Source of the DNA: Sminthopsis crassicaudata
Lineage: Eukaryota
Assembly (NCBI RefSeq): GCF_048593235.1
Contig: NC_133618.1
Location: 230,878,221-230,942,220 of the forward strand
Direction of reading: 5' to 3'
DNA: 64,000 nt
Position numbers and translations under genes: made by a program. Below the pieces are notes generated by a model. The model saw only the letters and a program-made list of their open reading frames with translations. It did not search any database and was not told where the DNA came from. Each line of letters starts with the position of its first letter. Positions within the stretch are counted from its first letter, which is position 1. Below are positions 9,828-23,870 of this stretch, in pieces.

Positions 9828-11510
9828 AGGGGGGACTTCTAACAATGGGACTTTTCACATATTCTCAGCCATTCTAAATTCCACTGGAGTTCAAGGGGTC
9901 AGAGCTAAAGATTCTGTGAGGAATGGATCTCAGGGCAATTCAACATAGAAGTAATATTTAATATTTCAGGAAAAAAAAGAAAAATCAACCACACAAAAGG
10001 TATGAATTTATTTTCCAAGTGGTAAGCATCAAGTATCTTTATAGAAAGGAGACACAATTTAGTAAAATTGGGAAACAAAATGATTCCCTTAAGAATGGGT
10101 TTGGAAGAGTTTGGGAATCATTGTCTCTGAGCAACACAGGTCAAAGAGTTAAAAAATTAAAATATTCCCCTGTTTCCTTACCCCTCCCCCCCATGGGAAA
10201 AAAGGCAGATCTCCACTGGTTTTTTTCCCCCTTCTTAGTTGTTCCCACCTCCCCTCCCCTCCAAAAAACAAAAACAAAACGTGGATAATATTTAAAGTCA
10301 AAGTTTAAAAAGAATAAAAAGGAACTAATCCAGATGGGTTGGGAAGAATCTCTCCCTTGATCCTGAGGGTCAGAGATGAAGCAATCAACAGCCCTGAGGA
10401 CAGGGTACTCCTTAAGGTCAGTAACCAGGTTTCATTCATCTTTTTGCTTCCTTCAGAGCCCTGCACAGAGTAGGCACTCAGGAAATTTAATGAAGTGAAT
10501 TGAGAGGTTCAATGTAAGGGTTGATGATGTTTCCTCTAAGAGGAACTAGGAAGACACCTGGCTTCTAGCTGTCCTCAGAGGAAGGGAGCAGGTGGTACCC
10601 TCCCCAATCCTACCCCACAGGTATAAACCAAATAAATAATGTTTGTAATTGACAAAGACAATAAGACAAATGGGCTTGGAAGAAGTAAAGGTTCATGGTA
10701 AGCAAAACCACAAGGTTTCCCTAGGCTGGGGTAGAGCTCTTAAGGCACCTCTGGAGGCTAGCCTCAGTCTGAGGTCCCCATAGAAGGGCAAACCTGCCTT
10801 GAGCACAGACTTCCTCTGGGGAAGGGAGAGAGGATGAGAGAAAAAGTAGTGTTTGGGGAGGTCCACATGGCTTCATTGTGCTCAGAAGGGTTACTGTAGG
10901 GGAGGGAAGTGGTCCTCAGGGAGGATGCTGTCAAGTTTGTCTCTTGGGAAGCATGGGCTGGTTGCTTCTTCCTTCATCCACTGAACAAAGGGAATGGGAT
11001 GGGAGTAGCTCTCAGGATGTGGTAGTCCCCTCATTCCCCTCAGGCGTGTTACCAGCTTCCTTGTCTGATGTGTTTCTCTCTTCCTGCCCTTCTGAAAAAA
11101 AGAGAAAGAAAAGGATGCACAATATTCCTAAGTTAATCCAATCAGCAAGTCATTTCCCCCCTTTACAAACCTCCATTTCCTACTCTAAAATGAGAAGGCT
11201 GGTCTAGAATAGGACTCCTTTCACTTTTTCCACTTGCTATTTTTCATGGGAGAAACTTAAGAAGTTAGGGTCTAGATAACTTCTTAAGATTTCTTCTCCT
11301 ATCAATACTATGTGCTATAAAGTGACATTTACGGTCTAAAGTTAGCTTCCAGTTCTAGTGTTTATATTCTTTATTCAAAGGTTCCACGTAAATCTAGCCT
11401 TCTATGTTTTGAGGCGCCTTCCAGTTCTAATGCACTGTGTTCTAAGGTCGCTTCTGGGTGTCCAATTTAATGCCTCAAAGGTTCTCTTCTGTCATCCAGA
11501 TAGTACTTGC

Positions 11511-11661
11511 CTGCTCCTTCAAGTGCCAGCTCCCCCATGTTCCCTGTCAGTTTCCTCACACTCACTGCCGCAGAATCATCCTGGATGTCAGGGACAGCAT
11601 TCCTACGACCCGTTCTGTCACAGGAGATGAAGTCTGTATATGAGGACTCAACCTCCATCAT
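11511..11661 (-). CDS. PKIG: cAMP-dependent protein kinase inhibitor gamma, first coding exon (exon spans 11684-11511)
   Basis: [50 protein letters not shown]; PKA pseudosubstrate GRRNA and leucine-rich NES present; acceptor ttcacag| at 11685; donor CAG|GCAAGT. Confidence 0.96.
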
Positions 11662-12329
11662 GCCTCTTGCATTGCTGAGCAAGGCTGTGAAGAGGGGAAA
11701 GTAGGCAAGAAGCATTCTTAGTCTGCTGATGACAACTCTTCAGGGGAGCACACAAGTTAGTTTTCTTGAGTTTAGGTCCTTTGGACTATGAACAATTATT
11801 CAAATAGCATGTAATAAAATAACCACTGCTTGGTTTCAGAAGGAATAATTAGAACTATTAGGAAGGAAGTTAAAAGGAGAGATATTTCAGCTGAATATCA
11901 TGACCTTCCCAATAGCTAAAGCTTTTGGAGTGAAGTGCCGAGTTGTCAGGAGATAAGAAGTCCACCATAATATGCAAAAGCTTGAAGGGAGTGTCATGGA
12001 GATAGATTCATAATTCAGGTGGATGTTGGCACTGCAGCCCATAGAAGTCCCAGCTCTGCAGATCCTATGGTTTGACTGTATATAAGTGCTATATATGAAA
12101 AAAAAAACTTTAAATTAAAGATGCAGTCTGTTCACACCCATTAAATGGATGTTCCCCAACAGCCTATTCTCAACCTTTTTCTCCATGTGCTGTTAGCACA
12201 CAGTTTCAACTATTACCTCTAGAAAGCTATATCTCTACCCCTGATTTATTTTCTAAAATGAATAATCAAGGAGAGTGATCTCATTCCTTACCCAGGCAAA
12301 TGCCTCCACCTGCACAAAGGAGTATATTT

Positions 12330-12930
12330 GAGAAACGTTGAATGGGTAAAATCAACAGACCTTGGCAACACCTCGGATAGGGAGTATGAGAAGGTGAGAG
12401 CTAGTGAGGAGTCCAGGAAGATTCCTAGATTGTGAGCCCGAGGTATTGGAGGATGGTGTTGTCCCTGCCAGTACTACAGAAGGCAGGAGAAAATTTGAAG
12501 GAAAAAAGACTAAGTTTACTTTGGGATGTACATCTATAGGACATCTGATTTGAGATGTCTAAAATGTAGATCAGCAGAGACGTTAAGTCAGAACAGGTAG
12601 ATTTGGGAATCATTAGCACAGAGATAATTAAATCCCTGGGGCTGATGATATATCATATAGAGGGCCAAACAGAAGCCTGCCTATGAGACACAGTTAAGAG
12701 AGCCCAGTTAAGAGACTGAGGAGTGATCCGACAGATAAGAGGAAAACCAGGAGAGAGTGGTGACAGGAAAACCGAGAGAAAAGAGAGTATCACAGAGGAA
12801 TGTGATCACTAATGTCAAAGGCTGCAGAAAGGTCAAGAAGGACGAAGACTCAGAAAAGACCATTAGATTTGACAATCAAGAGAATATTAATACAATTGAA
12901 GAGAGCCTTTTCAGTTGAATGATGAGTCTA
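12330..12930 (-). mobile_element. L2 LINE RT fragment (further L2 pieces through ~15760)
   Basis: Minus strand near 12600 reads like the L2 RT YADDSQI motif (LCANDSQI); approximate bounds. Confidence 0.6.
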
Positions 12931-14290
12931 GATGTTAGGTTAAGAAGACAATGTAATATCTACCTATGGTAGATGGCCTGAAGCACCATCTTCCCTCCAT
13001 AACACTCCCTAGTTCACTATGTTGGAAAGCTCAGCTCTCCACTAAATTAATGTGGATTCCACCTCCACAGCATCTGTTGCCTCTGTCCTGTCTCGTGCTA
13101 CCACTCCAGTGCTTCCTCAGCTACTCACCTAAGCTATTGGAATATCCCATCCATCTCCTCAACTCATCCCTTTTTCATGCTCAATAAATTTGTGATGAAT
13201 ATCTGTTGAATTGAGAAATTGCTAAATATTCTTCCCACAGATCTTGTCAACAGATGTAATGGGAAGAAGACTGGACTTTGAGTCAAGAGACCTGAATTTG
13301 AGTCCTGGCTCAAATCTGAGGCAAGCCACTTTAGTTTTCTCATTTATGAAATGAGAACAGTAATTGTGTTCTCTGTCAATCTCTGTCAATCCATTATTAA
13401 ACATTTGTTGAGCATCTAATATGTTTCAGTAATTGTGCTAAATGTTGGCAATACAAAGAAAGGCAAAATGCCCCTGCTCTCAAATGAACTCACAGTGTAT
13501 GCAGAAGATATAAACAACTATGAACCAACAGCTCAGACAGGATAAACTGAAAATAACCAATAGGAAAGGTCCTAGAATTAAAAGGAGCTGGAAAAGGGTT
13601 TCTATAGAAGGTGGGGATTTTAGCTGAGACCTAAAGGGAGCCAGGAGTGAGAACATCCCAGGCCAGGGGAGATAGCCATTAACAAATAGAAGAGATGGAA
13701 CAAATAGGGAGATGGAAGGTCTTGTTTGAGGACCAGCAAGGAAGCCAGGGAGAAGAGTAAGAATATTGAAAAGGGAGGAGGAGCCAGGCTCTATAGAGCT
13801 TTTTATATCAAACTGAGGATTTTGTGTTTGAATTCTAGAGTTATAAGTAGCCACTAGATTTTACTGCATAGAGAGTGACATGGTCAGATCTGTATTTTGA
13901 GAAGATTGCTGTAACAGTTGAGTAGATGAAAGACTGTAGTGAGGAAAGACAGACATGGAGATCACCAGCTGCTGCTAGTCCAGCTAGTGGGGCTGGTCCA
14001 GGCTGGTGGCATTGTCAGAGAAGGGAAGATATACTTGCGATGTTATGAGGCTAGAAATAATAGGACTTAGCAATTGATAAGGGAGGGGAGGAAGAGTGAG
14101 GGATCAAGGATGACCCCTAGGTTGGGAGCCTAGAGAATGGTGGTAAGAAAAGGTAAGATAGCTAGAAAAAACATGAATTCTATTTTGAACATGCTGAGTT
14201 TAAGATGTCCTACATCTTAATGTTCTATAGAATATCCAGTTCAAGATGTCCAATAGGCTTGGTCAAACTTGGCTTTAGAGAGATCAATAT

Positions 14291-14437
14291 GAGGAGCAGC
14301 TGGGTGGTGCAGTGGATAAAGAACTGGCTCTGCAGTCAGGAGATCCTGAGTTCACTTGAATTCAGACGCTTGATGCTAACCCTAACCTCTACTGTCATGC
14401 CAACCCCCCCCAAAAAAAAAACAAAGAAACAAAAAAC
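14291..14437 (+). mobile_element. Marsupial WSINE1-like SINE
   Basis: gagcagctgggtggtgcagtggata head, A-rich tail. Confidence 0.7.
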
Positions 14438-16718
14438 CTAACATTTCACTTTTGATTGTATGTGTATAATCTATATCAGATTGCTTGCTCTCTTGGGAAA
14501 GGAAAGGGGAGAAAGAAAAGGAGAGGGAAAAAAATTAGGAACTCATTTTCTAAAAATGAATGTTTAAAACTATATATGTAATCGAAAAAAACATACTGCT
14601 CCATTAGATTTGGTAATTAAGAGATTAATGGTAACCTTGGAGTTTCAGGTGAATGATAAACTCAGAAGTCAGGCTGTAGAAAGTTAAGAGAGGAGTAGAA
14701 ATGAAGGAGAGGTATCAATTGTAGACAGTCTTTTCAAGGAATTTATTTACTAAAGGGAGAAGATATATGGAATTATAGCTGGGGAGAGAAAATGGATACA
14801 TCAAGTGAGGAGCTTTTGAGGATGAGGAAATCCTGGACATATTTGTATTCAATAGAGATTAAAAATAAGTGAGAAAGTGGGAATGATTTGAGATTGAAAT
14901 CTACTAAAGAATATGAAATGGGATGTGATCACTATATAGATTTGTGTTTATCTTGGCAAGGAAAAGGGCTGTCTCTTTGCAGGAGTGGAGGTGGAAAAAG
15001 TGGCAAATGGAATCTGGAAGATTTGAGCATGAGGTAGAGGGGAGAAAAGATTACTCTTGGCAAATAAGTCTTTTTTTTTTTTTCCAGTAAAATATGAGGC
15101 AAGATTCTCAGCTGAGAGGGTGGGGGAAAGGGATAGTTTTGGAAGGTTTGAAGAGGAATGAAAAGGTTTGGAATAGCCACTCTGAAATGTAAGACTTCAG
15201 TTTGGGAAGTAGAAAAAGATTGCTTTGTTGCACTGAAGACCCAGTTGGGATTATATAACATAAATCCAATAGACTAAATTAGCATGGTTTCATGATTTAC
15301 TCCAGCTTTGTTAAGCAACATGTATAGGAGCAAAGGCAGCAGACTGGTGGGAGGGATCCAAAGCTGAATCTTGGCAGAACAAAATCAATGATATAAAGGA
15401 TCAAGGAACTCAAGAGAAGAAGAAGAGGTAGAATTGAACTGGTTCATCAAGGGGATCAAGATATGAAAGGGAAGAAGAGTGCAGCCAGCATAGGAGTGAT
15501 TGCCTGTGAAAGAAAGAAATAAGAGGCTGAGTGACTGGACGTTATAATGAGGAAGAACAACAGAATTTGAAGTTAAAAGACCAAAGGTAGAATGAACAGA
15601 TTGTAAAATTTCTGAGTTCATGACCATAGAGGCTCATGTGGGCAATGACAACTTCAGGGATATGATGATTTTGGTTAATAGCTGCAGTGAGGTGAAGTAG
15701 GTCATGAAGAAATAAATAAATGAATTAGAAGGATAGAGTGCCTGAGGAGCATCAATATATACAAAGCCCCCTAGTATAAAGACAAGATTTGGAGAAGAAT
15801 TCTGTCTGTGATTCAGACATTGAACTCATTAAGACAATAGCTACAAGAATTTTGATTTAGGGCAGATACAGTGAGTGAAGGGAGAGCAGTTGCTGAATGG
15901 CAGTGGTAGAAGGTGAGCCTGGAAGCAGCAACAAAGATCCTACTTCTTTTACCTGGCTCATGTCTGTGAATAAGCTTGTTATTATAAAGCAAATGTACAA
16001 AAATATAATGTTAGCTATTTATTCGGTCCTCAATTTGTGGTTCAGACAGCAAGGAAATTCCTATAGGAACGTGGAAGAAGGAGAGCCTGGACAATTAGCT
16101 GAACAATTCAAGGAAAGCTCATAAAGGGAAAACAATTTGCCGAAGATCACTAAGATGAAAACTCAAAATTTTCAGGCTCGTTCCTGCTTCATTGTCTAAA
16201 GATTTGCTCCTAGTTGTAGCAATGTCATTAGGAGTTTTTCTGGAGGACCTAAAACTCCATCAGAGGCAATGCTCACAATGTACCAGCAGATGGTGCTCTT
16301 TATATAATTTCCCATACAATTAAGATGCCACAACCCGTTTCACTGTCAGTTTCACTGATATATTTTAAATATAAAATAATTTTTATTATATATATTATTA
16401 AATATATATTTATATAAATAAAATATATTAAATATTTTTTAAACAAACAAATAAAAAAATAAATCACAAAACAAGGACAAATGAGCTGCAGCTTTAGGAG
16501 CTTTAAGGATCACAGGTCATAAGATCTCAGACTACATGAATCCAAACTCCTCCTTTTACAGATAAGGAAACTGAAGTACAGAAAGGTTGAATCTTCTGGG
16601 GTGGATCACATTGCAAAGCAAGTGTCTGAAGTTGGATTAGAATTCTGATCTTCCCAAATCCAAATGTAGCTTAGCTGCTTCTTAGAATCACAGCAGCCTG
16701 CATTTAGAAAGCACTCTC

Positions 16719-16871
16719 TTTTTCTTTTTCTTTTACTGAGGCAATTGGGGTTAAGTGACTTGCCCAGGCTCACACAGCTAGGAAGTGTTAAGTGTCTGAG
16801 ACCAAATTTGAACTCTGGTCTTCCTGACTTTCAGGGCTGGTTCTCTATCCACTGAGCCACCTAGCTGCTCC
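16719..16871 (-). mobile_element. WSINE1-like SINE (similar minus copies at ~2371-2533, 21400-21505, 37795-37942, 47509-47668)
   Basis: gaggcaattggggttaagtgacttgccc...cacctagctgc with T-rich tail on +. Confidence 0.85.
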
Positions 16872-16898
16872 GCATTTTATTTTTTATAAAGTTTTTCA

Positions 16899-16980
16899 TA
16901 GAGGATGTCCCCAAAATCTGAGTGCAATAATAAGCTTTAATAGCCTTAAAACTGCACCAAAATTTTGGGCACATCTTATA
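16899..16980. mobile_element. Short Tc1/mariner-like MITE
   Basis: Imperfect TIRs gaggatgtccccaaaat ... attttgggcacatctt flanked by TA. Confidence 0.6.
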
Positions 16981-17244
16981 TGTAGTTTGAGCTCAACAAT
17001 AGCAGCTATATGCTTGCTGGAGAGAATATGATTGTCCCCATTTTGTAGAAAGTTAAACTAAAATTCAAAGATTAAGATGACTTTCAAAGTCCAGGTAAGT
17101 GACAAATCCAGGGCCCCTAGGTTTTTTATAGAGAGCTAGGTTTAGGAGAACAGGCACAAAGGACACAGAAAATATTTTATTTTCAAGAAAATCAAGGCTT
17201 CATGATAACGTCTAAGTAATTCTGCGATCTTAAAAGTTGCCAAC

Positions 17245-17743
17245 CCAAGAAACTGTAAACTGAGTGTTTGCCCATCAATGGGAGAGTGGTTGAATAAGTT
17301 ATGGTATATGAATATTATGGAATATTATTGTTCTGTAAGAACAGTGATCAATTCTGATATGGATCTCTTCAGCTATGAGATGATTCAAACCAGTTCCACT
17401 TGTTAAGTGATGAAGAGAGTCAGCTACACCCAGAGAGAACTATGGGAACTGAGGGTGGACCACAACACAGCATTCTCACTCATTCTGTTGTTTGTTTGCA
17501 TTTTGTTTTCTTTCTCAATTTTTTTTCCTTCTTTATCCGATTTTTCTTGTACAGCAAGTTAACTGTATAAATATGTATATATGATTTAACATATATTTTA
17601 ACATGTATTGGACTACTTGCCCTCTTGGAGGGGGGTGAGGGGAATGAGGGGTTAATTTGGAACAGAAGATTTTGCAAGAGTCAATGCTGAAAAATTACAC
17701 AGGCATACGTTTTGTAAATAAAAAGCTTTAATAAAAAAAAATT
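17245..17743 (+). mobile_element. 5'-truncated, internally deleted L1 3' end
   Basis: ORF2-end remnant, L1 3' UTR, A tail; TSD AAGTTGCCAAC (17234-17244, 17744-17754). Confidence 0.85.
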
Positions 17744-19381
17744 AAGTTGCCAACTTTTAAGAGTGGCTGATAAGCTCTGGAAGTTTATCAATTCATTTCA
17801 TTTGAGTAAATATTTACAAAATACCCGTTCTATGCAAGGCACTCTGCTACAAGCCTAATTTACTTCAGTAAGCCTAGTTTCCTTTAGTAGTAAGATAGAA
17901 AGGCTAGTATAAAAATGTTAAAAGTAAATTTTAAATTAAAATTTAAGACAAATACAGTCTTGATGATGTTCTGCATTTATCATTCAAGGACCAGTCAGGT
18001 TCCCTCTGATGAGGCTCATCAACAGAAATTTGGGAAGTCGATGATAAATGCTTTGGCCACAGCAGCACTGAAGGGCATCTGCCTCAGTGGGAAGTGCTGG
18101 GCACACTGTATTGGAGGAAAGAACACTCCTATTTAGGAAACCATAGCTTTACTGTAATGAGTAGTGTATGTGATAGGGGGCAGCACTTTCCCAGGATGGC
18201 AAAGGATCCAACACAGAGGAGATCCTGCAGAAGTACTTTTAGATTGATTTCTAGACAAATTCCAGTAAAGAAAGAGCACTAAAATAGAAATTATGACCCC
18301 TTGCCTTTTCCTAAGTTTTAGATGAGACACACTTTTCTCCAAGTCCCAATTTCTCAAGTTATAAAATAAGGGAGTTGAAGTAGATGATCTCCAAAGTCCC
18401 CTTTCACCTATCTTTCAGAGTTATTATGAGGACCAACTGCAGTAAGAATTCTAAAATGCCACATAAGTGCCATATAAATGCCAGCTATTATTCCCTATGT
18501 GAAAGAGGCATTTCCTGTTTCACACTTTCAGCATTAATTTATGAATGCTCAATTTCTATAGGTGTAATCTTGCAAAGTGGATATGCTCTTTAGGATTACC
18601 ATTCAATAACAAACAAACACCTAGTTTTTCTAGTTTTTCTAATATTTTGTTCAGAACTTCAAATCCTTTGTTATATTTTGTCTAAATTTGAAACAGACAC
18701 AATGAAGTTATAAAAATTGCACATCTTGTTATCTGGATCTTTTTAAATTCAACTAGCTTTTCCTTTAATACTTTAGAGCCTATGAAACTGGGTGCATATG
18801 TTCAATGTTGTTAATTATTAATTATCTTTGGTTCCTATAAGCACAACATGGGTTCTCTGTCTCTCTTTATTGATCCTATTTATTTTACTGATACCTTGTA
18901 GTCTAAGACTACAAAGGCCAGTCTAGCTCATTTGAATCTAGACAAAATATCATAAATTTTATCTCAAACCACCATTTCTGTTTTATAAGAATCTGTTTCA
19001 AGTGTGCATTATATTATTTATTTATTCTATACTCCTCCTGTTTTAGGAGCACATCTAATTCATATTCAATTTTGATTGTTATTATTTCCCTTTTGTGAAA
19101 TTCTATTATGAGAAAATCCTGTACCAATCTTCACCATTCAGATCTAAATTATATAATTTCTCCTTGTATTTAACTGATAACCAACCTTAGTTTGTTTTGT
19201 TTGAGGTAATTTCCTACCAGTTTCCTTTCATTGGCTCAGAGCTATTGGAATTTGTTTACTTAAGTTTCTTTCATCTGCTGCATTTATATCTCATATGTCC
19301 ATTTTTTGGAGTTATTTAAGCATTTCCTAAGTGAATACTTGGTTTCTTCTCAAATTCCTAGACTATCCTGTTGACATTGAC

Positions 19382-19975
19382 TGTGAGGATGGAATTCTAT
19401 TGTGTCTCTCTCAAAACTCTGTGCGCATCTTTAAAAAACAACCTTTGAGATATTGATTAGCATTATCTTTATTCAGATCTGGGACCTGGTCTGCCAAATG
19501 CATTCCATCTGGCTCTTTGATCCTCCCTCTTGATTTTGAGCCTTTATGCCTGGGGAACTCCATAAGCTATAATTTCCCCTATACAATATCTGGTTATTGT
19601 GAAGATCTTTACTAAGTTCTTTTCAGGAGTATGCCCATTATGAATGAGGTTACTTTCTTTTTTTCTCATAGTGCCTTCCCTTTAATGGCACCTTTCTCCT
19701 TACTCTAGCTAATTCTGAGTAGACAAACCTGATGATCGATGGCTTTCTTCCACCTCGTGGAGTATTTCCTTTCTCCTGGTTAATTGTGAGTTCCCCTGGG
19801 GAACTTGTTTTTTCCTTGCTAACTATATGCTCTACCAACTTTATTTCATATTTTCCACTCCTGTAGCCTCTTTCCCTAAATAAAGCTTTTTTTTTCCTTC
19901 TTTTTGCCAAAGAGAATGGCCACTGTGAATTTGCACGTTTGTATCAAACTAGGATTTGTTACCCCAACCCCATCA
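19382..19975 (+). mobile_element. Probable solo LTR (ERV1-like)
   Basis: TGTG...CATCA termini, internal AATAAA; 3' end resembles LTR 57005-57665; no TSD found. Confidence 0.5.
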
Positions 19976-21239
19976 CTAAGCAACTCTATTTGCATTTTTC
20001 TTGACAAAGATACTGAAATGGCTTGCCATTTCCTTCTCTAGCTTATTTTGTGACAAGGAAACTGAGACAAACCGGGTTATGTAACATCCTAGTAAGCATC
20101 TGATTCCAAGCCCAGAGCTTTATCCACTGTCCCTTGGGTCCATATCCTCCCATTAACTGATGACTGATCTAAGCAACACCCCCTAGTAGGTATATCCACT
20201 GAAAGACCTCTATCTCCCTTTATATCTTCATGAAAGCATTCATCAGTGGTATCCTGTCACCCCTAAAACAATTTCCCCTAATTCACTCCTTTCCTTTGCC
20301 TTCTTATCTATTCTTTTGTAGGCTTTCTTTTCCCTGAGAGACTTACAAGAATTACTCATTATTGCTGTTGACTTGTGACTTGATTTAGAGTACAATATAT
20401 AGCATTCCTTCTATCTTCTGCCTCTCTTCTCTCATCCTAATAGCAGGTGGCTAGCATCTGTATAATGTGTACACTGAGCTAAGCATTTTACAATTATTAC
20501 GTCATTTGATCCTCTCCAAAAAACTGGGAGGTAGGTAATATTATTATCCTCATTTACAAGTTGAAGAAACTGAGGCAAAGACTAAGTGATATGGCCAGAG
20601 TCACACAACTAGTGTCTGAGTCCAAATTTGAATTTAGTTCTTCCTGACTCCATGCCCAGTTGTCCCTCTATAATTTAGTCTCAGAAAAACACTGATTCAT
20701 CTGTTGTGAGATTTAGTTTATAATGTTCAAGCCTATTTCTCTACCACCACTTCTATTTAACATCTGCTTTAACTTTGTCTCTTTGTGTACTTTTAGAAAG
20801 AAATCTCTTAATGAGTTCTCTCTCTCTATTTTTGTCTTGTTCTTTCTTAATGAGTTCTCTCTCTCTCTCTTTTTTTTTTTTTGTCTTGCTCTTGGTTGTA
20901 GTTTTTATCTTTTTTTTTTCTTCTTTATATTCTGTTGTTTCGCTTATTTACAAAGAAAATAGTCTATCCAGGTCTGATTTTCTTTCTAGGAATGCTTCAA
21001 ATGCCTCACTTACTTTTTTTAATCAAAGTTTAGGGCCAGGTTTGCAGAATATGTTGCCTTAGTTTGCATCTTGAGTCTTTTGCTTTTTTCTTGGGGGTAC
21101 AGAATTATCTTATGCTACTTAAATTTCTTTGTATTTGAAAATATTTCTCTTGGTCACTTAAAAGAATGATTTGTTAATTACCCATGCATATATCTTGTAA
21201 ATAAAAAGCTATAATTTAAAAAAAAGACTTACTTGATAC

Positions 21240-23870
21240 TGGAATTGTTCAATTTAACTACTATGTCTTTGAATTTGCAACATAAGAATTTTTTTCCTAG
21301 GGGCAACCTGTGGAATTTTTTTTTTTCAACTGGCACTTATTTACTGTGTTTAGAAGTTCTGGGTAGTTTTCTTATATTATTATTTTATCTTTATTTATTT
21401 TTTTGCTGAGGCAATTGGGGTTAAGTGACTTGCCCAGGTCACACAGCTAGGAAGTATTAAATGTCTGAAGCCAGATTTGAACTCAGGTGCTACCTAGCTG
21501 CCCCCTTATATTATTTCTTGCATTATGGTATGCTTAAAGTTTTTGACTTGTGTTTTTCCAAAAAGACCTATAATATCTCTATGTATCCTGTCTTTGAGAT
21601 GAATAAAACTTTATATAAACATATTTTTTTTCTTTGAACATTATTGATTTTTACTTCTTTTCTTCCAGATAGTCTTTTACTTCTCTGTATTTGAATTTCC
21701 AATAACTTATTCTCTCTTTTGTTTATAGATTTAGGTTCTTCTCTTTTGTCAATTATTTTTGCTGATCAGGTCATAAATTCTGTTTTCATAATTCTTATTT
21801 CTCTTTCAAAACATTTAGGAAAATCCTGTTGTGGTTCCATACTTTCTTGGCAATCCACAAAATCCCCTGCCTCATAAGCTGTTGTTTCATTTGTCTTTGT
21901 CCTTGAATATTTTTATTTGAATATTTATTCATAGATATCTATAATTTTTGGAGTATCGATGATTTGGACTGATTTGGAGGCCATATTCTCTTCTGTTATA
22001 ACTGCCTTCACTGTTATTTTATCTGCTTATGCTCATGTTCTTTGGCTAAGTTTTCTTTTTTCTGAGATCATCTGGCAGTTTAAGTCTTTTCTCCTTATAT
22101 TTCCCAATTGCTTACTTTCTAAATTCTTTCCCTTTGATGGAGTTTCCCTAGAGGCTAGGCCTTAAGAGCTGGGTCAGCTTCCTCCCAGGTTGGGCAATTC
22201 ATGTTCAGTTGCCCAGTCTCTGCTCTCAAGCAACTTCTTAGGGGCTTGAACTGGATGCTGAAGGCAAAACTGGGTGCTGAGCTTGCTTCTTCAGGCTTGG
22301 GGTAACACTACAGGGACATAGGTGCGTTCTGCCCTGGTTTCTTCTATCACTTGGTTCTCTGAGCTTTTTGCTAGCTACACCACAAAGCACTCACTGAACT
22401 ACAGAGCTATCCCAGCCAGGTCAGACTTCTGCTTTTTGGTTTCTACTGCCCTGAGAGGAAGGGGGATTAGAAGTGAGTTCTGTTGCAAGCCTTTATTGGG
22501 CCATTGGGGGATGAGGGTACTGAGTGAGTACAGTCATTCATTGTTGTTGCCTCCTTGATATTTTTGGAGCCCTAGACGTCTGTAGAGGCAGCTGAAATTG
22601 TTTTATCTCTTGTGCATAATTCCTTTTTTGGAGAGGTCATGAGGATGAGGGAAAAAAAATGTCTAAAACGCCATCTTATGAATCTGGAAATTCATACTTC
22701 AACTATGACTCCCAACCCTAAATTTTCCCAAGAGAAATGATCAGAAGGCATTGATTCTGTACTAAGTCCTTTCTGCCTACTTCAGCAGGATAAATTATTC
22801 TTGGGTATATGCCATTTTTCTTTGCTTTTCAGAATCTCATATTCTAGTTTTTCTTTTTTTTCTTATTGATAATAAATAAATCTGCATTGTAATGGGCCAG
22901 AACTCTGTACTTGAAACAAGAATTCTTACAAGGTGATAACTGAGTGGAATTGATGAAACAATGGTTATCTAGTTGAGCATGGTGATTAATAGTAATCTAG
23001 TTCAGTATGATTGAATTAATCTTACAACAAATAATGGTTCCCTAGTGATATAATGATTGGCTTATACCCAGTATGATGAATGGATTTAATTGTAATAGAG
23101 TTTTTAAGAGGCCAAAGTCAGACCTACAGAGGGACTGAAATAGACTCGGGGAAGATAGAGGACTGGAGGCTGGAGCACAAACTCCAGGACTCAGGAAGAC
23201 TTCAAGACAGACACTGTGGTGGTGGTCCTCCTGCTTCCTCCACAGAAACCAAAACACACACATTCCAGAGGATCCGGAAATGCTGGCCTGGACCCCAGGC
23301 AAGAAAAAAGACTGTGAAGAAGATAATAAAGAATTTGGACTTTATCTCTAGCTATTCTCGTGGTGATTACTCTGCTGAAATGAAGGCTGGTCCAGAGACC
23401 TCCAGAAAACTAACCAGAACTTTACACTGCATGATGATAACTGGAGTTTCCTAGTATTGATCTGTTTCTGATTATATTATATTTTCTCTGTCTTATGTAT
23501 TTTGTAAACTTGACAGTAGTTTTTCTGGGTGAGTTAAGATGAGGTTCTTTTCTGGTGGCATTCTGTGGATTTCTTCAAAGTGTACTTTGTCCTCTGGCTC
23601 TTATATTTCTAGACAATTTCCTTTGACGACTTCTTAAAACCATTAATTCTGAAATAATGACCTAAATATACGTGTGTTCAAATTTTTTGTTAGTTTCATT
23701 ATGTTTTTCTAGGAGGCCAATGAATCTTGTGTGGCAGGTATTATCTGGCTTCATTCTCACAGAGTGAATGAAGCCTGCTATATCTTCTCTTCTCAGGGAA
23801 ATTCTTTGCTGTATCTCTTCATTACTGCCTTTAGTTTGGGCCTCCACTTATATTTCCCTATCACCAGTTA
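21240..23870 (-). mobile_element. Old fragmented L1 5' UTR/ORF1 segments, interrupted by SINE and LTR (related ORF2-start piece at ~18560-19370)
   Basis: Minus strand near 23550 reads FEEIHRMPPER, like L1 ORF1 IERIHRSPPER; near 22800 resembles the ORF1 PRITYPAKL region. Confidence 0.65.
22888..23426 (+). mobile_element. Solo LTR (ERV2-like), 539 bp
   Basis: TGTAATGGGCCAGAA...TTACA; perfect 6-bp TSD CTGCAT (22882-22887, 23427-23432); AATAAA 23325-23330; U3 matches LTR at 63807. Confidence 0.93.

Noticed and set aside
20808-20893. Local tandem duplication cttaatgagttctctctctct...gtcttg
   Set aside because: Ordinary slippage next to (TC)n and poly-T
23080-23454. 124-aa ORF
   Set aside because: Lies within solo LTR 22888-23426; no recognisable protein motif
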